IMG/VR virus record: IMGVR_UViG_3300043432_000040
Coordinates: 1 to 30,399 of that record
DNA from: a virus
Taxonomy: Duplodnaviria > Caudoviricetes
Length of the DNA: 30,399 nucleotides
Direction: 5' to 3' (one strand)
The translations under genes and the position numbers were made by a program. Below the pieces are notes generated by a model. It saw only the letters and a list, made by a program, of their open reading frames with translations, had not been told where the DNA came from and made no database searches. Positions 6,763 through 16,761 of the stretch are shown piece after piece; within the stretch, counting starts at the first letter, position 1, and each line of letters opens with the position of its first letter.

Positions 6763-6795
6763 GCTCGGCAGCCCCCCTCTGCCGGGCTTTTTTTT
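6763..6795 (+). terminator. tR'-like intrinsic terminator
   Basis: GCTCGGCAG-loop-CTGCCGGGC followed by T8. Confidence 0.85.
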
Positions 6796-6817
6796 GGCCC
6801 AAATTCGGAGTTAGGCG

Positions 6818-7183
6818 GTGGGTGATGCGGTTATTCAGATCGGCTTGGCGGTGATGGGCGCCACCGGTGCGATCGTCGCGGCGCTGTTTAAGCGCGAAGT
6901 GAAGCGCATTGACGATAAGGCTGCCGAGACAACAAAGACCGTATCGGAGATTCACAAAAACGTTTTTGGATACGAAACCCAGCCAGGTCTACGCGAGAGA
7001 ACAACCGCTCTTGAAACTCAGTCGAAAGCTTTAGAAGCGAAAAGTGAAATATTATTTGAAAAGCTAGACAAAATATTATCCAAGATCGAAGCCATAACAG
7101 AGTTACTCGCAAGATATAACACAGAAACCGAGCTGGTGAAATCATCGGTTAGGCGCATCGAAGACAAGCGAAACCAAAACTAA
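6818..7183 (+). CDS. Single-TM coiled-coil protein (holin/antiholin-like)
   Basis: N-terminal hydrophobic helix followed by heptad-rich sequence. First gene of the lysis cassette. Confidence 0.65.
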   Translation: MGDAVIQIGLAVMGATGAIVAALFKREVKRIDDKAAETTKTVSEIHKNVFGYETQPGLRERTTALETQSKALEAKSEILFEKLDKILSKIEAITELLARYNTETELVKSSVRRIEDKRNQN

Positions 7184-7184
7184 T

Positions 7185-7682
7185 ATGATCTACGCGCATC
7201 TTAAGAGCGAGGTTATCGAACCGGCGCTGCGGTATCTCTGCGCGTGGAATCCGTCAATTAACAGCGAGGCGGCAATAAACCTGCTGGTGGGGATCGCAGC
7301 GCAAGAGTCGGGCGGCGGGCGATTCCTGCGGCAAAAAGGCGGTGGACCGGCGCTAGGGATTTATCAGATCGAGCCAGCCACGCACGATGATCTCTGGCAG
7401 AACTATCTAAAATATCACAACAAATTGCGCGAGATTGCGTTAAACGCCTCGACCAGGCAAAGCAGCTGCAGTTGTCGGGTACACGAGCTCATTTACAACA
7501 ATTTCTACGCGACGGTGATTGCCCGCCTGCTGCTTTGGCGGATTGCTGAGCCGCTGCCTCCCGCGCATGACGTTTGGGAAATGGGTGCGTATTGGAAAAA
7601 GCACTGGAATACGAATATCGGAAAAGGGACCGTTGAGGATTTTGTAGATAATTACGAGCGGTACACGGGAGGCGTGAAATAA
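7185..7682 (+). CDS. Endolysin, lysozyme/lytic-transglycosylase fold
   Basis: AAQES catalytic-Glu-like motif, ALGIYQIEPATH and YWKKHWNT..GKG. Confidence 0.75.
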   Translation: MIYAHLKSEVIEPALRYLCAWNPSINSEAAINLLVGIAAQESGGGRFLRQKGGGPALGIYQIEPATHDDLWQNYLKYHNKLREIALNASTRQSSCSCRVHELIYNNFYATVIARLLLWRIAEPLPPAHDVWEMGAYWKKHWNTNIGKGTVEDFVDNYERYTGGVK

Positions 7683-7861
7683 TGTTTCACAATTTGAAAT
7701 CGGTATTTACGCCAGAAAACCTAAAATCGATATCCAGCGTCGTTGCATATTTCGCTGGGTTGGTCGGAGCCAGCGGGTTCATTAATCCAGACATGGACCC
7801 AGCGGCGCAGATCACCTGTGGAATCGTAGGGATTGTTTTGTTTTTTATTAGGGGGCGCTAA
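7682..7861 (+). CDS. Putative two-TM holin (59 aa)
   Basis: MFHNLKSVFTPENLKSISSVVAYFAGLVGASGFINPDMDPAAQITCGIVGIVLFFIRGR: two hydrophobic segments and a basic tail. GGAGG RBS. Confidence 0.65.
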   Translation: MFHNLKSVFTPENLKSISSVVAYFAGLVGASGFINPDMDPAAQITCGIVGIVLFFIRGR

Positions 7862-7863
7862 TC

Positions 7864-8166
7864 GTGGACCCTATCGCAATAGCATTTGTGCTGGCGATCT
7901 CAATCGCGCCGCCGACTCAGTACGATGATGGTTTGGCGTTGTCTGCGCAGTCGATAAAGCACCACGAAATATGTTTTGCGAGCATACCAAGCGGGCCGTG
8001 CACTTCAACTCGGCAGGTGACTGGGTTGGTGATTGATAACATTCCATCTTGGGCCAAAGAGGTGAAAGCGCGAACCGTGCTCACGACTGGCGCTGTCAGC
8101 AATTGGAGTAACGCTGTTCCGGTGGACAACAGAATTCCATCTGCGCCAAAGTTGACGATAAAATAA
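7864..8166 (+). CDS. Exported Fn3-like beta-sandwich protein (putative)
   Basis: Hydrophobic N-terminus, then PPTQYDDG..L and ARTV...G.VSNWSN..P.AP, a fibronectin-III-like pattern. Confidence 0.55.
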   Translation: MDPIAIAFVLAISIAPPTQYDDGLALSAQSIKHHEICFASIPSGPCTSTRQVTGLVIDNIPSWAKEVKARTVLTTGAVSNWSNAVPVDNRIPSAPKLTIK

Positions 8167-8264
8167 TGTGCGCAATCTATGGAGTTCTGGCCGGATTTAT
8201 AACGGTTGGAATTGTTGTTGCTGTTGTGTTGTTTGCTGTGCTGAATAGGAATTTCAAAGGATGA
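8166..8264 (+). CDS. Small single-TM peptide (MCAIYGVLAGFITVGIVVAVVLFAVLNRNFKG)
   Basis: TAATG and ATGA overlaps at both ends. Confidence 0.55.
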   Translation: MCAIYGVLAGFITVGIVVAVVLFAVLNRNFKG

Positions 8265-8557
8265 CAGTAATAATTGAATCATCAGATGTTGACGATGAAG
8301 GGAAAATAACAATAAATTTTTATGATGGAAACGTTATTACATTTAGAAGCGAATCAGAGTTGAAGGCATACGTATTAAGCGGATCGAGAGATGACGAGGA
8401 AATTTTAATTGCGCTGAAGCACGTACTAGAATCGCAAGGGAAAAATATATCGTCACCTATAAAAATTGAGCGTTCGGAAGCAGCTATAACGGATGTTGCG
8501 ACAGGGGTGGCTATTAACGTGATTACAGATAAATTGGCGGCAACTAATGGCGAATAA
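8261..8557 (+). CDS. Hypothetical acidic protein
   Basis: Coupled ORF, 98 aa. Confidence 0.65.
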   Translation: MTVIIESSDVDDEGKITINFYDGNVITFRSESELKAYVLSGSRDDEEILIALKHVLESQGKNISSPIKIERSEAAITDVATGVAINVITDKLAATNGE

Positions 8558-9623
8558 ACTCGCTCGCAATTTATTGTGCGCTTACCCGGCATCGGCGGTT
8601 AGCGTTGGGGCGAACAGTGCGCAGAATTTAAATTCAGCGTTTACGTTTGGTACAACCGGCGCTTATTGCGGGATGCAGTTCACAGCACCCGTTGGCGCAA
8701 CATATTTTGATATTTGGGTTTATAACAACGGCGCAGTGACTGGATCACCAACAAATATCGCTGCGGAGTTAAGAGCTAACGATACAACTACAGCGACCAA
8801 GCCGCTCGCAGCTGGTTCTGTGTTGGGTACGCCAGGATCTGATACCAGCTTTTCTGGCTTAGCGTCTGCTCAATGGGTGCAGCTCTCGAGGTATACGTAC
8901 ACTGTAGTTCAAAACACCTGCTACTTTTTATATTTTATCAATAAAACCGGAACGCCAGCGTCAAATTATCCATCTATCTGTTATCGTGGAATAATGCCTG
9001 CAAATTTTATGGGTCTCGTTTCGCAATCATGCAGAAACGTTCGCGGAACAGATGGATTTGCCGGGGTACCGACGGCGGCATTAGGAATGCCGTGTTTTGT
9101 GCTGAAATTTTCTGACGGGTCATACTTTGGTAATCCATATCCAGAATCAGCCGCAGCATATACTAACAATACAGATTGGCGCGGAAATCGATATACATTT
9201 GACCGTGACACGCTTGTTTCTGGAGTTATGGCGCTGCTGGGCACAGTAACAAACTGGAACGCCGGGACATGGGCGGTGTACCAAGGCGCAACATTAAAAG
9301 CCTCCGGAACAATATCGCTGGCTCAACAAAACACTACGACGCAGCTCATTATTCATTTTGCACCAATGATTTTTTATGCCGGAATTGCTTATGATGTGAT
9401 ATTCCAGCCAGCTTCTGCGACAACAGACAACCCAGCAAAAAGCATGGGGCAAGGATCGATACCGGCAGATGTTACGGCAGCTGGGTTTCAGGGCGTGTCG
9501 TACGTTTCAGGCGCTACGCCTGGATCATTATCAGCAAACAGCAATCAGGTTTTTCAAAGTTGCGTGGTAATCGAGGATTACCCAATAATCGGCATTCCAC
9601 GCAGCGCGGTGGTGAATAGATGA
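8547..9623 (+). CDS. Beta-rich putative virion or receptor-binding protein
   Basis: 358 aa, rich in G/T/A/S/Y and poor in charged residues, located in the late operon. Confidence 0.6.
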   Translation: MANKLARNLLCAYPASAVSVGANSAQNLNSAFTFGTTGAYCGMQFTAPVGATYFDIWVYNNGAVTGSPTNIAAELRANDTTTATKPLAAGSVLGTPGSDTSFSGLASAQWVQLSRYTYTVVQNTCYFLYFINKTGTPASNYPSICYRGIMPANFMGLVSQSCRNVRGTDGFAGVPTAALGMPCFVLKFSDGSYFGNPYPESAAAYTNNTDWRGNRYTFDRDTLVSGVMALLGTVTNWNAGTWAVYQGATLKASGTISLAQQNTTTQLIIHFAPMIFYAGIAYDVIFQPASATTDNPAKSMGQGSIPADVTAAGFQGVSYVSGATPGSLSANSNQVFQSCVVIEDYPIIGIPRSAVVNR

Positions 9624-10633
9624 GAATCGCAAAGCAAAGCACAGCGAAAAACCTAAAAGTTTTCATGACTGATTCAACAGATCGAACTGCGGGAAAAACC
9701 GGGTTAACGTTAACAATTACTGCGTGTAAAGATGGAGAGTCATCATTTACATCGATCAGCCCAACAGTCACAGATTTAGGAAATGGTTGGTATAACCTAG
9801 CGCTAACAACAACCCACACAAATACGCTTGGCGATATGGCTCTGCATATTACCGCAACCGGCGCGGATCCGTCCGATCCATTGGTGTTGGTCGTTGCAAA
9901 TGATTTGGCGACAGCGCTGCCAGCCAATAGCAACCTTCTCTCGATCGACGCCAATGGGCGTGTTGATGTGATAAAAGTGGCGGGAACAACTCAGACAGCG
10001 CGTGATCTCGGTGCGAGCGTATTGTTGTCTCCAGGCACAGGAACAGGACAGCTCGCCATAACCGCTGGGGCGGTAACGGTCGGGACAAACAACGATAAAA
10101 CAGGCTACACGGCATCAACGGTAAGCGACAAGACTGGATATTCAATCAGCGGGACGAAAACAACGCTGGACGCGCTAAACGATCTGAGTGCAGCCGGAAT
10201 AAGAGCCGCAACTGGAATGGCTAGCGCTAACCTCGATACGCAGCTTTCGGCTATTGCTGGTTACATTGATACTGAAGTCGCGACAATATTAGCAGCAGTT
10301 GATACAGAAATATCATCGTTAACGACTGAACTTGCTAAGGTTCCAAAATCTGATTCTACAATTACGTGGAACGCCACAGCGCTAGGCTCGATACTGACAC
10401 AAGTGAACGTGGCCATTGATACCGCAATATCGGAGTTAGGTGTAGGGGCCCCGACTGCAACACCGACGTTACGAACCGGGCTGATGCTGCTGTATATGGC
10501 TTTACGCAATAAATTAATAACTCAAACGAGCGGCACCGACGCACTAGAGATTTATAACGATGCGGGTACGAAGATCACGCAAAAACTTTTGACCGACGAC
10601 GGTAGCGATTATACCGAAGCGAAAATGACATAA
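9620..10633 (+). CDS. Putative virion fibre protein
   Basis: Ig-like N-terminus, DKTGY repeats, an IDTEV/VDTEI coiled segment and a compact C-terminal domain. Confidence 0.65.
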   Translation: MRIAKQSTAKNLKVFMTDSTDRTAGKTGLTLTITACKDGESSFTSISPTVTDLGNGWYNLALTTTHTNTLGDMALHITATGADPSDPLVLVVANDLATALPANSNLLSIDANGRVDVIKVAGTTQTARDLGASVLLSPGTGTGQLAITAGAVTVGTNNDKTGYTASTVSDKTGYSISGTKTTLDALNDLSAAGIRAATGMASANLDTQLSAIAGYIDTEVATILAAVDTEISSLTTELAKVPKSDSTITWNATALGSILTQVNVAIDTAISELGVGAPTATPTLRTGLMLLYMALRNKLITQTSGTDALEIYNDAGTKITQKLLTDDGSDYTEAKMT

Positions 10634-10854
10634 TGGCGGTCAACACAAAGCAAAAACGGTTTGCGGCACCAGGGGTTGGACGGCCATTCATGCGGGCGAA
10701 CTACCCCACGTTATCAAAAGATAGCGGTTGGAGAATGTCTGCGGGCGTCACCTATCCGGTAGCAACACTGTCAATACCTGGCGCATGGACAGAGCAAAGC
10801 AACTCAACTGATGTCTGGACCGTACAAACAAACACAGTCAGCGTTTGGACGTAA
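10633..10854 (+). CDS. Small putative virion protein with WT repeats
   Basis: C-terminus AWTEQ..VWTVQ..VWT. TAATG-coupled. Confidence 0.65.
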   Translation: MAVNTKQKRFAAPGVGRPFMRANYPTLSKDSGWRMSAGVTYPVATLSIPGAWTEQSNSTDVWTVQTNTVSVWT

Positions 10855-10929
10855 CGTTAAAACAAGCGCTGTAGCAATAACCAGCTTCACAATGACACAC
10901 CCTGACGGGACCTAATAGGAGAAATAAAC

Positions 10930-11769
10930 ATGGCAAGAGTAAGCACAGGGCACGGTTCTGTTGCGGCTGGCAAGGCAATTTTAATCAAAGCTGGGCGATC
11001 CGTAACATATTCAGTTCTAGGCACACATAGCGCAACTGTTAATATCGAACGCAGTGACGACGGCGGGACTTCTTGGGAGGTTGTTCAGTCAGTCGCGACA
11101 ACCGCCACAATTTCCCCCACGACAATTATCAACGAGCACAAAGATCGGCTGTACCGCTCGAACTGTACTGTATACACATCAGGCACCGCAACGGCAGTGG
11201 TGAAAGATGCAACTAACGAGCATACCGCCGCAGGCACAGTTCCGACCGCAGGTGTAACCGCCTACGAAACGGCAGATGCCGCAGGGATTATTCGGCGGAC
11301 GGTTTTAGAGTGTAACGCGGTTGCGTTATCCGTTGCTGATGATGCAGGCGTTGCGCAATACGGGGGCGTGCAAGTCTACGATTTTCCAGAGGGAATGATT
11401 TGTTGCCTCGGCGCCCAAATGAACGGCACGCTTACAATGGGCGTGACCGGCACCATTATCGACGCATGGACGGGTGTTTGCGCGCTTGGAACTGTTACCG
11501 CTACGACTGGGGCGACACTGGTAAGCACTGAGGCAACGTGGTTGCAATCCGTGGCAATTGGAGCAGCGACGAGCAAGGTTGGGACTATTGATGCAGTATC
11601 GGTTGCAACCGCGCTCACAGAAGCTGGGGCAAGATGGGTTGACGGAACAGCAACGGCGGCAGACATGTATCTTAACTTTGCTATTGCCGATGACGTAACC
11701 CACACGGCGGCAACCGGAACATTCACCGGCACCATCGAATTTATTTGGATGACGCTCGGCGATAACTGA
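10930..11769 (+). CDS. Putative capsid decoration or spike protein
   Basis: Strong AGGAGA RBS. T/A/G-rich, apparently two-domain beta protein with an SDDGGTSW Asp-box. Confidence 0.6.
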   Translation: MARVSTGHGSVAAGKAILIKAGRSVTYSVLGTHSATVNIERSDDGGTSWEVVQSVATTATISPTTIINEHKDRLYRSNCTVYTSGTATAVVKDATNEHTAAGTVPTAGVTAYETADAAGIIRRTVLECNAVALSVADDAGVAQYGGVQVYDFPEGMICCLGAQMNGTLTMGVTGTIIDAWTGVCALGTVTATTGATLVSTEATWLQSVAIGAATSKVGTIDAVSVATALTEAGARWVDGTATAADMYLNFAIADDVTHTAATGTFTGTIEFIWMTLGDN

Positions 11770-11808
11770 TAATCAATCCAGGCAACAACCTTCGAGGAAT
11801 GCCGACAA

Positions 11809-12168
11809 ATGCAAGTTGTACCAGGTGGGATGATTGGGCCAGACACAAGGAAAAAGTCCAAAAAGCCCAAAAAGGAAAAACCTCACAGGCCAGTCATACG
11901 TAATGTCATGGCCGCATTGATTGATGCTGGTTACTCACCAGCTGACGCGCTGGTGAGGGTTGCAAAAAAATCAGAAACAGAGTCTCAAGACGAAAGTTAT
12001 GATATTCGCGTAAGACAGCAGTTCTTAATGATGGCGCAGCGAGCGGCAGCTGAACTGCTGGAATATACAGAACCAAAACTTAGCCGAACTGAGCTGACCG
12101 GCAAGGATGGTGAGGCAATTGAAAACAAATGGACCGTTGAGTTCTTGAATGCCACACCTCCAAGTTAA
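11809..12168 (+). CDS. terS: Terminase small subunit
   Basis: AAAELLEY..PKL and a C-terminal ELTGKDGEAI motif. Overlaps the terL start. Confidence 0.75.
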   Translation: MQVVPGGMIGPDTRKKSKKPKKEKPHRPVIRNVMAALIDAGYSPADALVRVAKKSETESQDESYDIRVRQQFLMMAQRAAAELLEYTEPKLSRTELTGKDGEAIENKWTVEFLNATPPS

Positions 12169-13576
12169 CCGCAAATTAGAGCCGTTTTTACTGAAAAGCA
12201 AGCCGATCAAAGTAGCGATTGGTGGGCGCGGTTCCGGGAAATCTATTGCATTCGGCGACATTTTCACAATGAAGATGGCAACCGAAAAAGCAGATATTTA
12301 CTGTTTGCGTGAGTTTCAGGATTCTATAACAGATTCGGTTCACAAGGTTTTCAAAACATCGATCGAGGATCGCTTAAATCTCGAAGGGTGGACAATCCAA
12401 GAGAACAAAGTGATCGCTCCGAATGGCGCATCGACTACGTATAAAGGGGCAAATAGAAACCCTGACGCGATGCAGTCTGCTCAAGGCTATAAATACTCAT
12501 GGTTTGAAGAGGCGCATCGAGCCAGCCAGGCATCACTAGATAAATTGCTGCCGACAATTATCAGGAATCCCGGCGCCGAATGTTGGTTCTCGGCAAACCC
12601 GCAGGCGAGCGGCGATCCGTTCAGCCAGCGCTTTATTGTTCCATATCTGAAAGAATTAGAGCGCGATGGATACTACGAGGATGAGTTACACATCATCATC
12701 GTAGTGAACTGGCGTGACAATCCTTGGTGGAACGCAGAGCAAGAAAAACTCAGATCGTGGGATCATGAAAACATATCTCGGGCCAAATACGATTGGATCT
12801 GGGAGGGGAAATTCATGGATACGGTTGAGGATGCGATCATCGATGCGGAGTGGTTCGACGCTTGTGTTGACGCTCACATCAAGCTTGGATTTAAGGCGCT
12901 AGGTCAGGAGCGCGTCTCATACGATTGCGCTGATACCGGAGACGCGAAAGCGGTTTGCTACACACACGGGTGCGTTGTTAAAGATGTGCAGCAAAACGAG
13001 GCGGGGTTGATCGACACTGCAACGGACTGGGCGACAAGCTACGCAAACGACCGCAAACCGGATACCTTCACATGGGATGCGGACGGCATGGGGATGGGGC
13101 TTAAGCGGCAAATTTCCCAAGCATTCGAAGGCAAAAAAATAGTTGTTGAAGCGTTTCGCGGATCGGAGGGTGTCGACGATCCCGATAAGATTTACGACCG
13201 GCAAGAATCTGAAGTCAAAAACCCAAAGACAAACAAAGAGACGTTTGCAAACAAGCGGGCGCAGTACTATTGGATGCTTCGCGACAGAATGAAGCGCACA
13301 TATCAAGCGGTAGAGCACGGGAAAATGTGCAGCCCAGATGAATTGATCTCATTCAGCTCTGAAATAAAAGATATTCAAGCGCTGAGATCAGAGCTGTGCC
13401 GGATACCGAGAAAGTACACTCCGACCGGCAGAATTCAGCTGCTCAGCAAACCAGACATGAAAAAGCTAGATATCAAATCACCGAACATGGCAGACGCGGT
13501 AATGATGTGCATGAGACCGATCGAAGTGAAGCGGGAACGCAAAAAACTAGAATACCCAAAGGCGGGAATTTATTAA
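12149..13576 (+). CDS. terL: Terminase large subunit (PBSX-family-like, probably headful)
   Basis: Walker A GGRGSGKS, LREFQDSI, Walker B WFEEA, NWRDNPW, and nuclease motifs YDCAD and SPNMADA. Confidence 0.95.
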   Translation: MPHLQVNRKLEPFLLKSKPIKVAIGGRGSGKSIAFGDIFTMKMATEKADIYCLREFQDSITDSVHKVFKTSIEDRLNLEGWTIQENKVIAPNGASTTYKGANRNPDAMQSAQGYKYSWFEEAHRASQASLDKLLPTIIRNPGAECWFSANPQASGDPFSQRFIVPYLKELERDGYYEDELHIIIVVNWRDNPWWNAEQEKLRSWDHENISRAKYDWIWEGKFMDTVEDAIIDAEWFDACVDAHIKLGFKALGQERVSYDCADTGDAKAVCYTHGCVVKDVQQNEAGLIDTATDWATSYANDRKPDTFTWDADGMGMGLKRQISQAFEGKKIVVEAFRGSEGVDDPDKIYDRQESEVKNPKTNKETFANKRAQYYWMLRDRMKRTYQAVEHGKMCSPDELISFSSEIKDIQALRSELCRIPRKYTPTGRIQLLSKPDMKKLDIKSPNMADAVMMCMRPIEVKRERKKLEYPKAGIY

Positions 13577-13577
13577 G

Positions 13578-15596
13578 ATGGCAATGTCTGAAGCGGAGTT
13601 GTTGACAGTATTAAAAAATCAGCTCGGCGACTCTATTAAATACGCAAACAGCGGATTCAAGGCGAGCTATGAAACGCTGTACAGGTCGTATAATCAGGAG
13701 CCATACGGCACTGAAATCAAAGATAGGAGCCAGGTAATCTCTAGCGACCACTACGATATGGTTGAATCGGATATGCCTGCACTGGCGCGCATCTTCCTCG
13801 GCTCGAATGATATCCTGAAATATGTACCGCTTGGAAATAACGACCAAGAGGAAGCGGAAGAAAAAACAAAGTTTGCAAACTACATTGTTCGAAATCAGCC
13901 TGATTCGTTCAAAATAATTCACGACTGGCTGAAAGAGCCAGGTTGGTGCAAATGCTCAGTTGTGAAAACGTTTATCGAGGAAACGGAGCAGGCTCGATAT
14001 GAATCATACGAAGATCTAAGTGAAGATGAATTGGCGATACTTCTTCAAGATCTGGAGAGCGGAGAGGATGCGGACAGGGTAGAAATAGAATCGCAAGAAA
14101 AGGAAAAAAACGGAACCTTTAACGTTAGGTTTCGCATAGTTCAGTGCATTGAGAAGATCTGCATTGCGAACGTTCCACCTGAAAACTTCATTATCTCGCG
14201 AGGCGCAAAAAATAAAGACTCAGCGATGATCGTTGGCGACGAAATTACAAAAACAAAGGGTGAGCTGATCGCAGAAGGTTACCCAAAAGACATGGTGAAA
14301 AAGCTCACCCCGAACACGACGAACATCAACGGCAACACTACCAAACAGCTCAGGTTTGAGGATCAAGGTGGGTGGGATCAAAAGAGCGGTTACCACTGGA
14401 CCCAGGAAGAGGTGACGATTCAAAACCTGTACTCGTTGGTTGACGTTGATGGTGATGGAATACCAGAGCGGCGATTCATCGTGAAATGCGGCGAGGAGAT
14501 ATTAGAGAACGAACCGTATGAGCTGGTGCCGTACGCAATCCTGAGCCAAATATTAATTCCGCATTCCGCCATTGGAAAATCAAGAGGCGAGAAAGCGGCG
14601 GCAACACAGAAAGAGAAAACCGCAATCAAGCGCGGGATCATGGATAACATCTACGCCGTGAACCGCCCACGCATGGGCGTTGATGATTCAGATGGATCGA
14701 TCGATGGCGGGAAGGTAAATCTCGACGATCTGCTAACGCATAGAATCGACGGAATCATTCGAACGGATGGGCCGCCGATGAACGCGTTGATGCCGATCGT
14801 TACCCCGTACATTGGGAACGAAGCGTTGCAGGTAATCAATTACATCGATAACGAAAAAGTTCAATCGCTGGGGCTTCAGCTGGGCAATCAGGGGTTGAAC
14901 GTTGAGGACCTATACAAAGAGACAGCGACCAGGTTTGAGGGTGTAGATTCGGCAAATAAAGCCAAATTGGAGTTGGTTGCTAGGGTGTACGCCGAGACCG
15001 GTTTCAGAGAGCTTTTCGACAACGTGATCTGGTTAGCTCAGCACCACCAGGACACGGAAACTGAGATTCTTGTGCTTGGAAAGCCGATGACGGTCAACCC
15101 GAGAGGGTGGCGGCGGAAACATTACGCGCAGTGCTTAATCGGGCTTGGCGCTGGCGATAACGAGGAGATGATCAACAACTTGTCGGGCATCATGCAGATC
15201 CAGAAGCAGGAGATAATGTCTGGCTCACCGCTGGCTGATCACAAAAAGCTGTACAACACACTGTTCGATCTGATCAAGGTGATGGGCAAGCCTGATCCAT
15301 CGCGCTATTTCAACGACCCTGAAATGCCAGAGCAGACGCTCATGGCAAAGCTTTATCAATTATTTACCCAGAACCAGCAGTTACAAGCGCAGGTGCAGAA
15401 TAACCCGCTTGCTGAGGCTGCAATGGTCACAGCAAAAGCCAAGCTGGCCGAGGTGCAAGGCAAAGAGTCGAGCCAGATGCGGCAGTTCATAATGAAAATG
15501 GCTCAGGAAGACAAACAGTTCGCGGCTGAATTGGCGAAGGATTTGACTGAAATCGAGCTGAAATATAATTCAAATGTGCCGGGGGCGTTAACTTGA
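13578..15596 (+). CDS. Portal protein
   Basis: 672 aa after terL, with podovirus-portal motifs (RSQVISSD..D.VE..MPAL.RIF and DVDGDGIPERR) and a Q-rich C-terminal coil. Confidence 0.9.
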   Translation: MAMSEAELLTVLKNQLGDSIKYANSGFKASYETLYRSYNQEPYGTEIKDRSQVISSDHYDMVESDMPALARIFLGSNDILKYVPLGNNDQEEAEEKTKFANYIVRNQPDSFKIIHDWLKEPGWCKCSVVKTFIEETEQARYESYEDLSEDELAILLQDLESGEDADRVEIESQEKEKNGTFNVRFRIVQCIEKICIANVPPENFIISRGAKNKDSAMIVGDEITKTKGELIAEGYPKDMVKKLTPNTTNINGNTTKQLRFEDQGGWDQKSGYHWTQEEVTIQNLYSLVDVDGDGIPERRFIVKCGEEILENEPYELVPYAILSQILIPHSAIGKSRGEKAAATQKEKTAIKRGIMDNIYAVNRPRMGVDDSDGSIDGGKVNLDDLLTHRIDGIIRTDGPPMNALMPIVTPYIGNEALQVINYIDNEKVQSLGLQLGNQGLNVEDLYKETATRFEGVDSANKAKLELVARVYAETGFRELFDNVIWLAQHHQDTETEILVLGKPMTVNPRGWRRKHYAQCLIGLGAGDNEEMINNLSGIMQIQKQEIMSGSPLADHKKLYNTLFDLIKVMGKPDPSRYFNDPEMPEQTLMAKLYQLFTQNQQLQAQVQNNPLAEAAMVTAKAKLAEVQGKESSQMRQFIMKMAQEDKQFAAELAKDLTEIELKYNSNVPGALT

Positions 15597-15871
15597 GCGA
15601 CGACCAGAAACTAAAAGAGCGAATCGACTACGGCAAACACGCTGACGATTTGCTGAGTAACCCGTGCTACCGGGATTTTAAAATTCAGATGCGGGCGAAT
15701 CTTCTGACGACATTTGAAGCGACGAAATTCAAGGATAAAGAAGACAGGGACGAGATTTGGCGGAAATTCCAAACGCTCGGATGGCTCGAAAAATCATTAG
15801 AGCGATTCGCGAGGGATGGAAGGATTGCAAACGAAACATTACTTGAAAGGATCAAGAACAAATTAAGTTGA
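15593..15871 (+). CDS. Small head-assembly-region protein
   Basis: Helical 92-aa ORF between portal and scaffold. TTG start overlaps the portal stop. Confidence 0.75.
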   Translation: MSDDQKLKERIDYGKHADDLLSNPCYRDFKIQMRANLLTTFEATKFKDKEDRDEIWRKFQTLGWLEKSLERFARDGRIANETLLERIKNKLS

Positions 15872-15891
15872 AGTGATAAATCAAAAACGAC

Positions 15892-15915
15892 GAGGCGCCT
15901 AGTGCGCCTTTTTTT
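15892..15915 (+). terminator. Intrinsic terminator-like hairpin
   Basis: GAGGCGC-CTAGT-GCGCCTT followed by a T run. Confidence 0.65.
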
Positions 15916-15938
15916 GTGCCTGAAATAAAGGAAAACAT

Positions 15939-16751
15939 ATGTTGGAAAATCCAAGCGAAACCAACGAAGAGAATCTAAACGGGGAATCCGCAGGATCAAC
16001 CTCAGAAGATGCCGCAGATACGAAAGCGATCGAAGGCAATACCCAGAAATCGGACTCTACAAAAAACGAAGAAAGCGACCTTTCAGACGCTGATGTTTAT
16101 TACGACATCGACGGCGAGGAAGTAAGCGCTGCCGACGTTAAAAAGTGGAAGGCTGGGCATTTAATGCAATCCGATTACACAAAGAAAACCCAAACGCTAT
16201 CTGAGGAGCGAAAAGCTTTCGAGGCGAAGCGCGACGAATTAGAGCAGAAAGTCTCTTTATTCCAAGACGTGGAAAAAGAGGTTGAAAGCCTAATTCTGGG
16301 TGATCTGAAAAACGTTGATATGAACCAGCTACGTCAATACGACACAGCTGAATATTTGCGCATGAAAGAGCAGATCGAGGAGCGCAAACAAACGCTCTCA
16401 AAGATCGCTCAGAAGCGCGCAGAGATGGAAAACAAGCTGCTGGGCGAAGGCTATCAACAACTGCATAACGCACTAGGCTGGGACGATTCAGAAAAGCAAA
16501 AGGCAGATAAAGACGCGCTTTTAACATACGTGAAATCAGCGGGAATTACCGAGCGAGAATTCGCAAAGGTAACAAACCCAAAAATCATCATCGCCATGTT
16601 GGATGCGCAGAAATATCAAAAGCTGCAACAGGACAAAGCAAGCATTACGAAGCGTGTCCTGAAAGCGCCGAAAACCTCAAAGCCAAGCAAGAGTCAGGAA
16701 AAACCACAAGTGCTTTCATTAGCTGAACGTATGTATGGCAAATCTAACTGA
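15939..16751 (+). CDS. Capsid scaffolding protein
   Basis: Acidic N-terminus, IDGEEV and QSDYTKKTQ motifs, coiled coil, basic C-terminus. Directly precedes the major capsid gene. Confidence 0.85.
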   Translation: MLENPSETNEENLNGESAGSTSEDAADTKAIEGNTQKSDSTKNEESDLSDADVYYDIDGEEVSAADVKKWKAGHLMQSDYTKKTQTLSEERKAFEAKRDELEQKVSLFQDVEKEVESLILGDLKNVDMNQLRQYDTAEYLRMKEQIEERKQTLSKIAQKRAEMENKLLGEGYQQLHNALGWDDSEKQKADKDALLTYVKSAGITEREFAKVTNPKIIIAMLDAQKYQKLQQDKASITKRVLKAPKTSKPSKSQEKPQVLSLAERMYGKSN

Positions 16752-16761
16752 GGAAATATAA

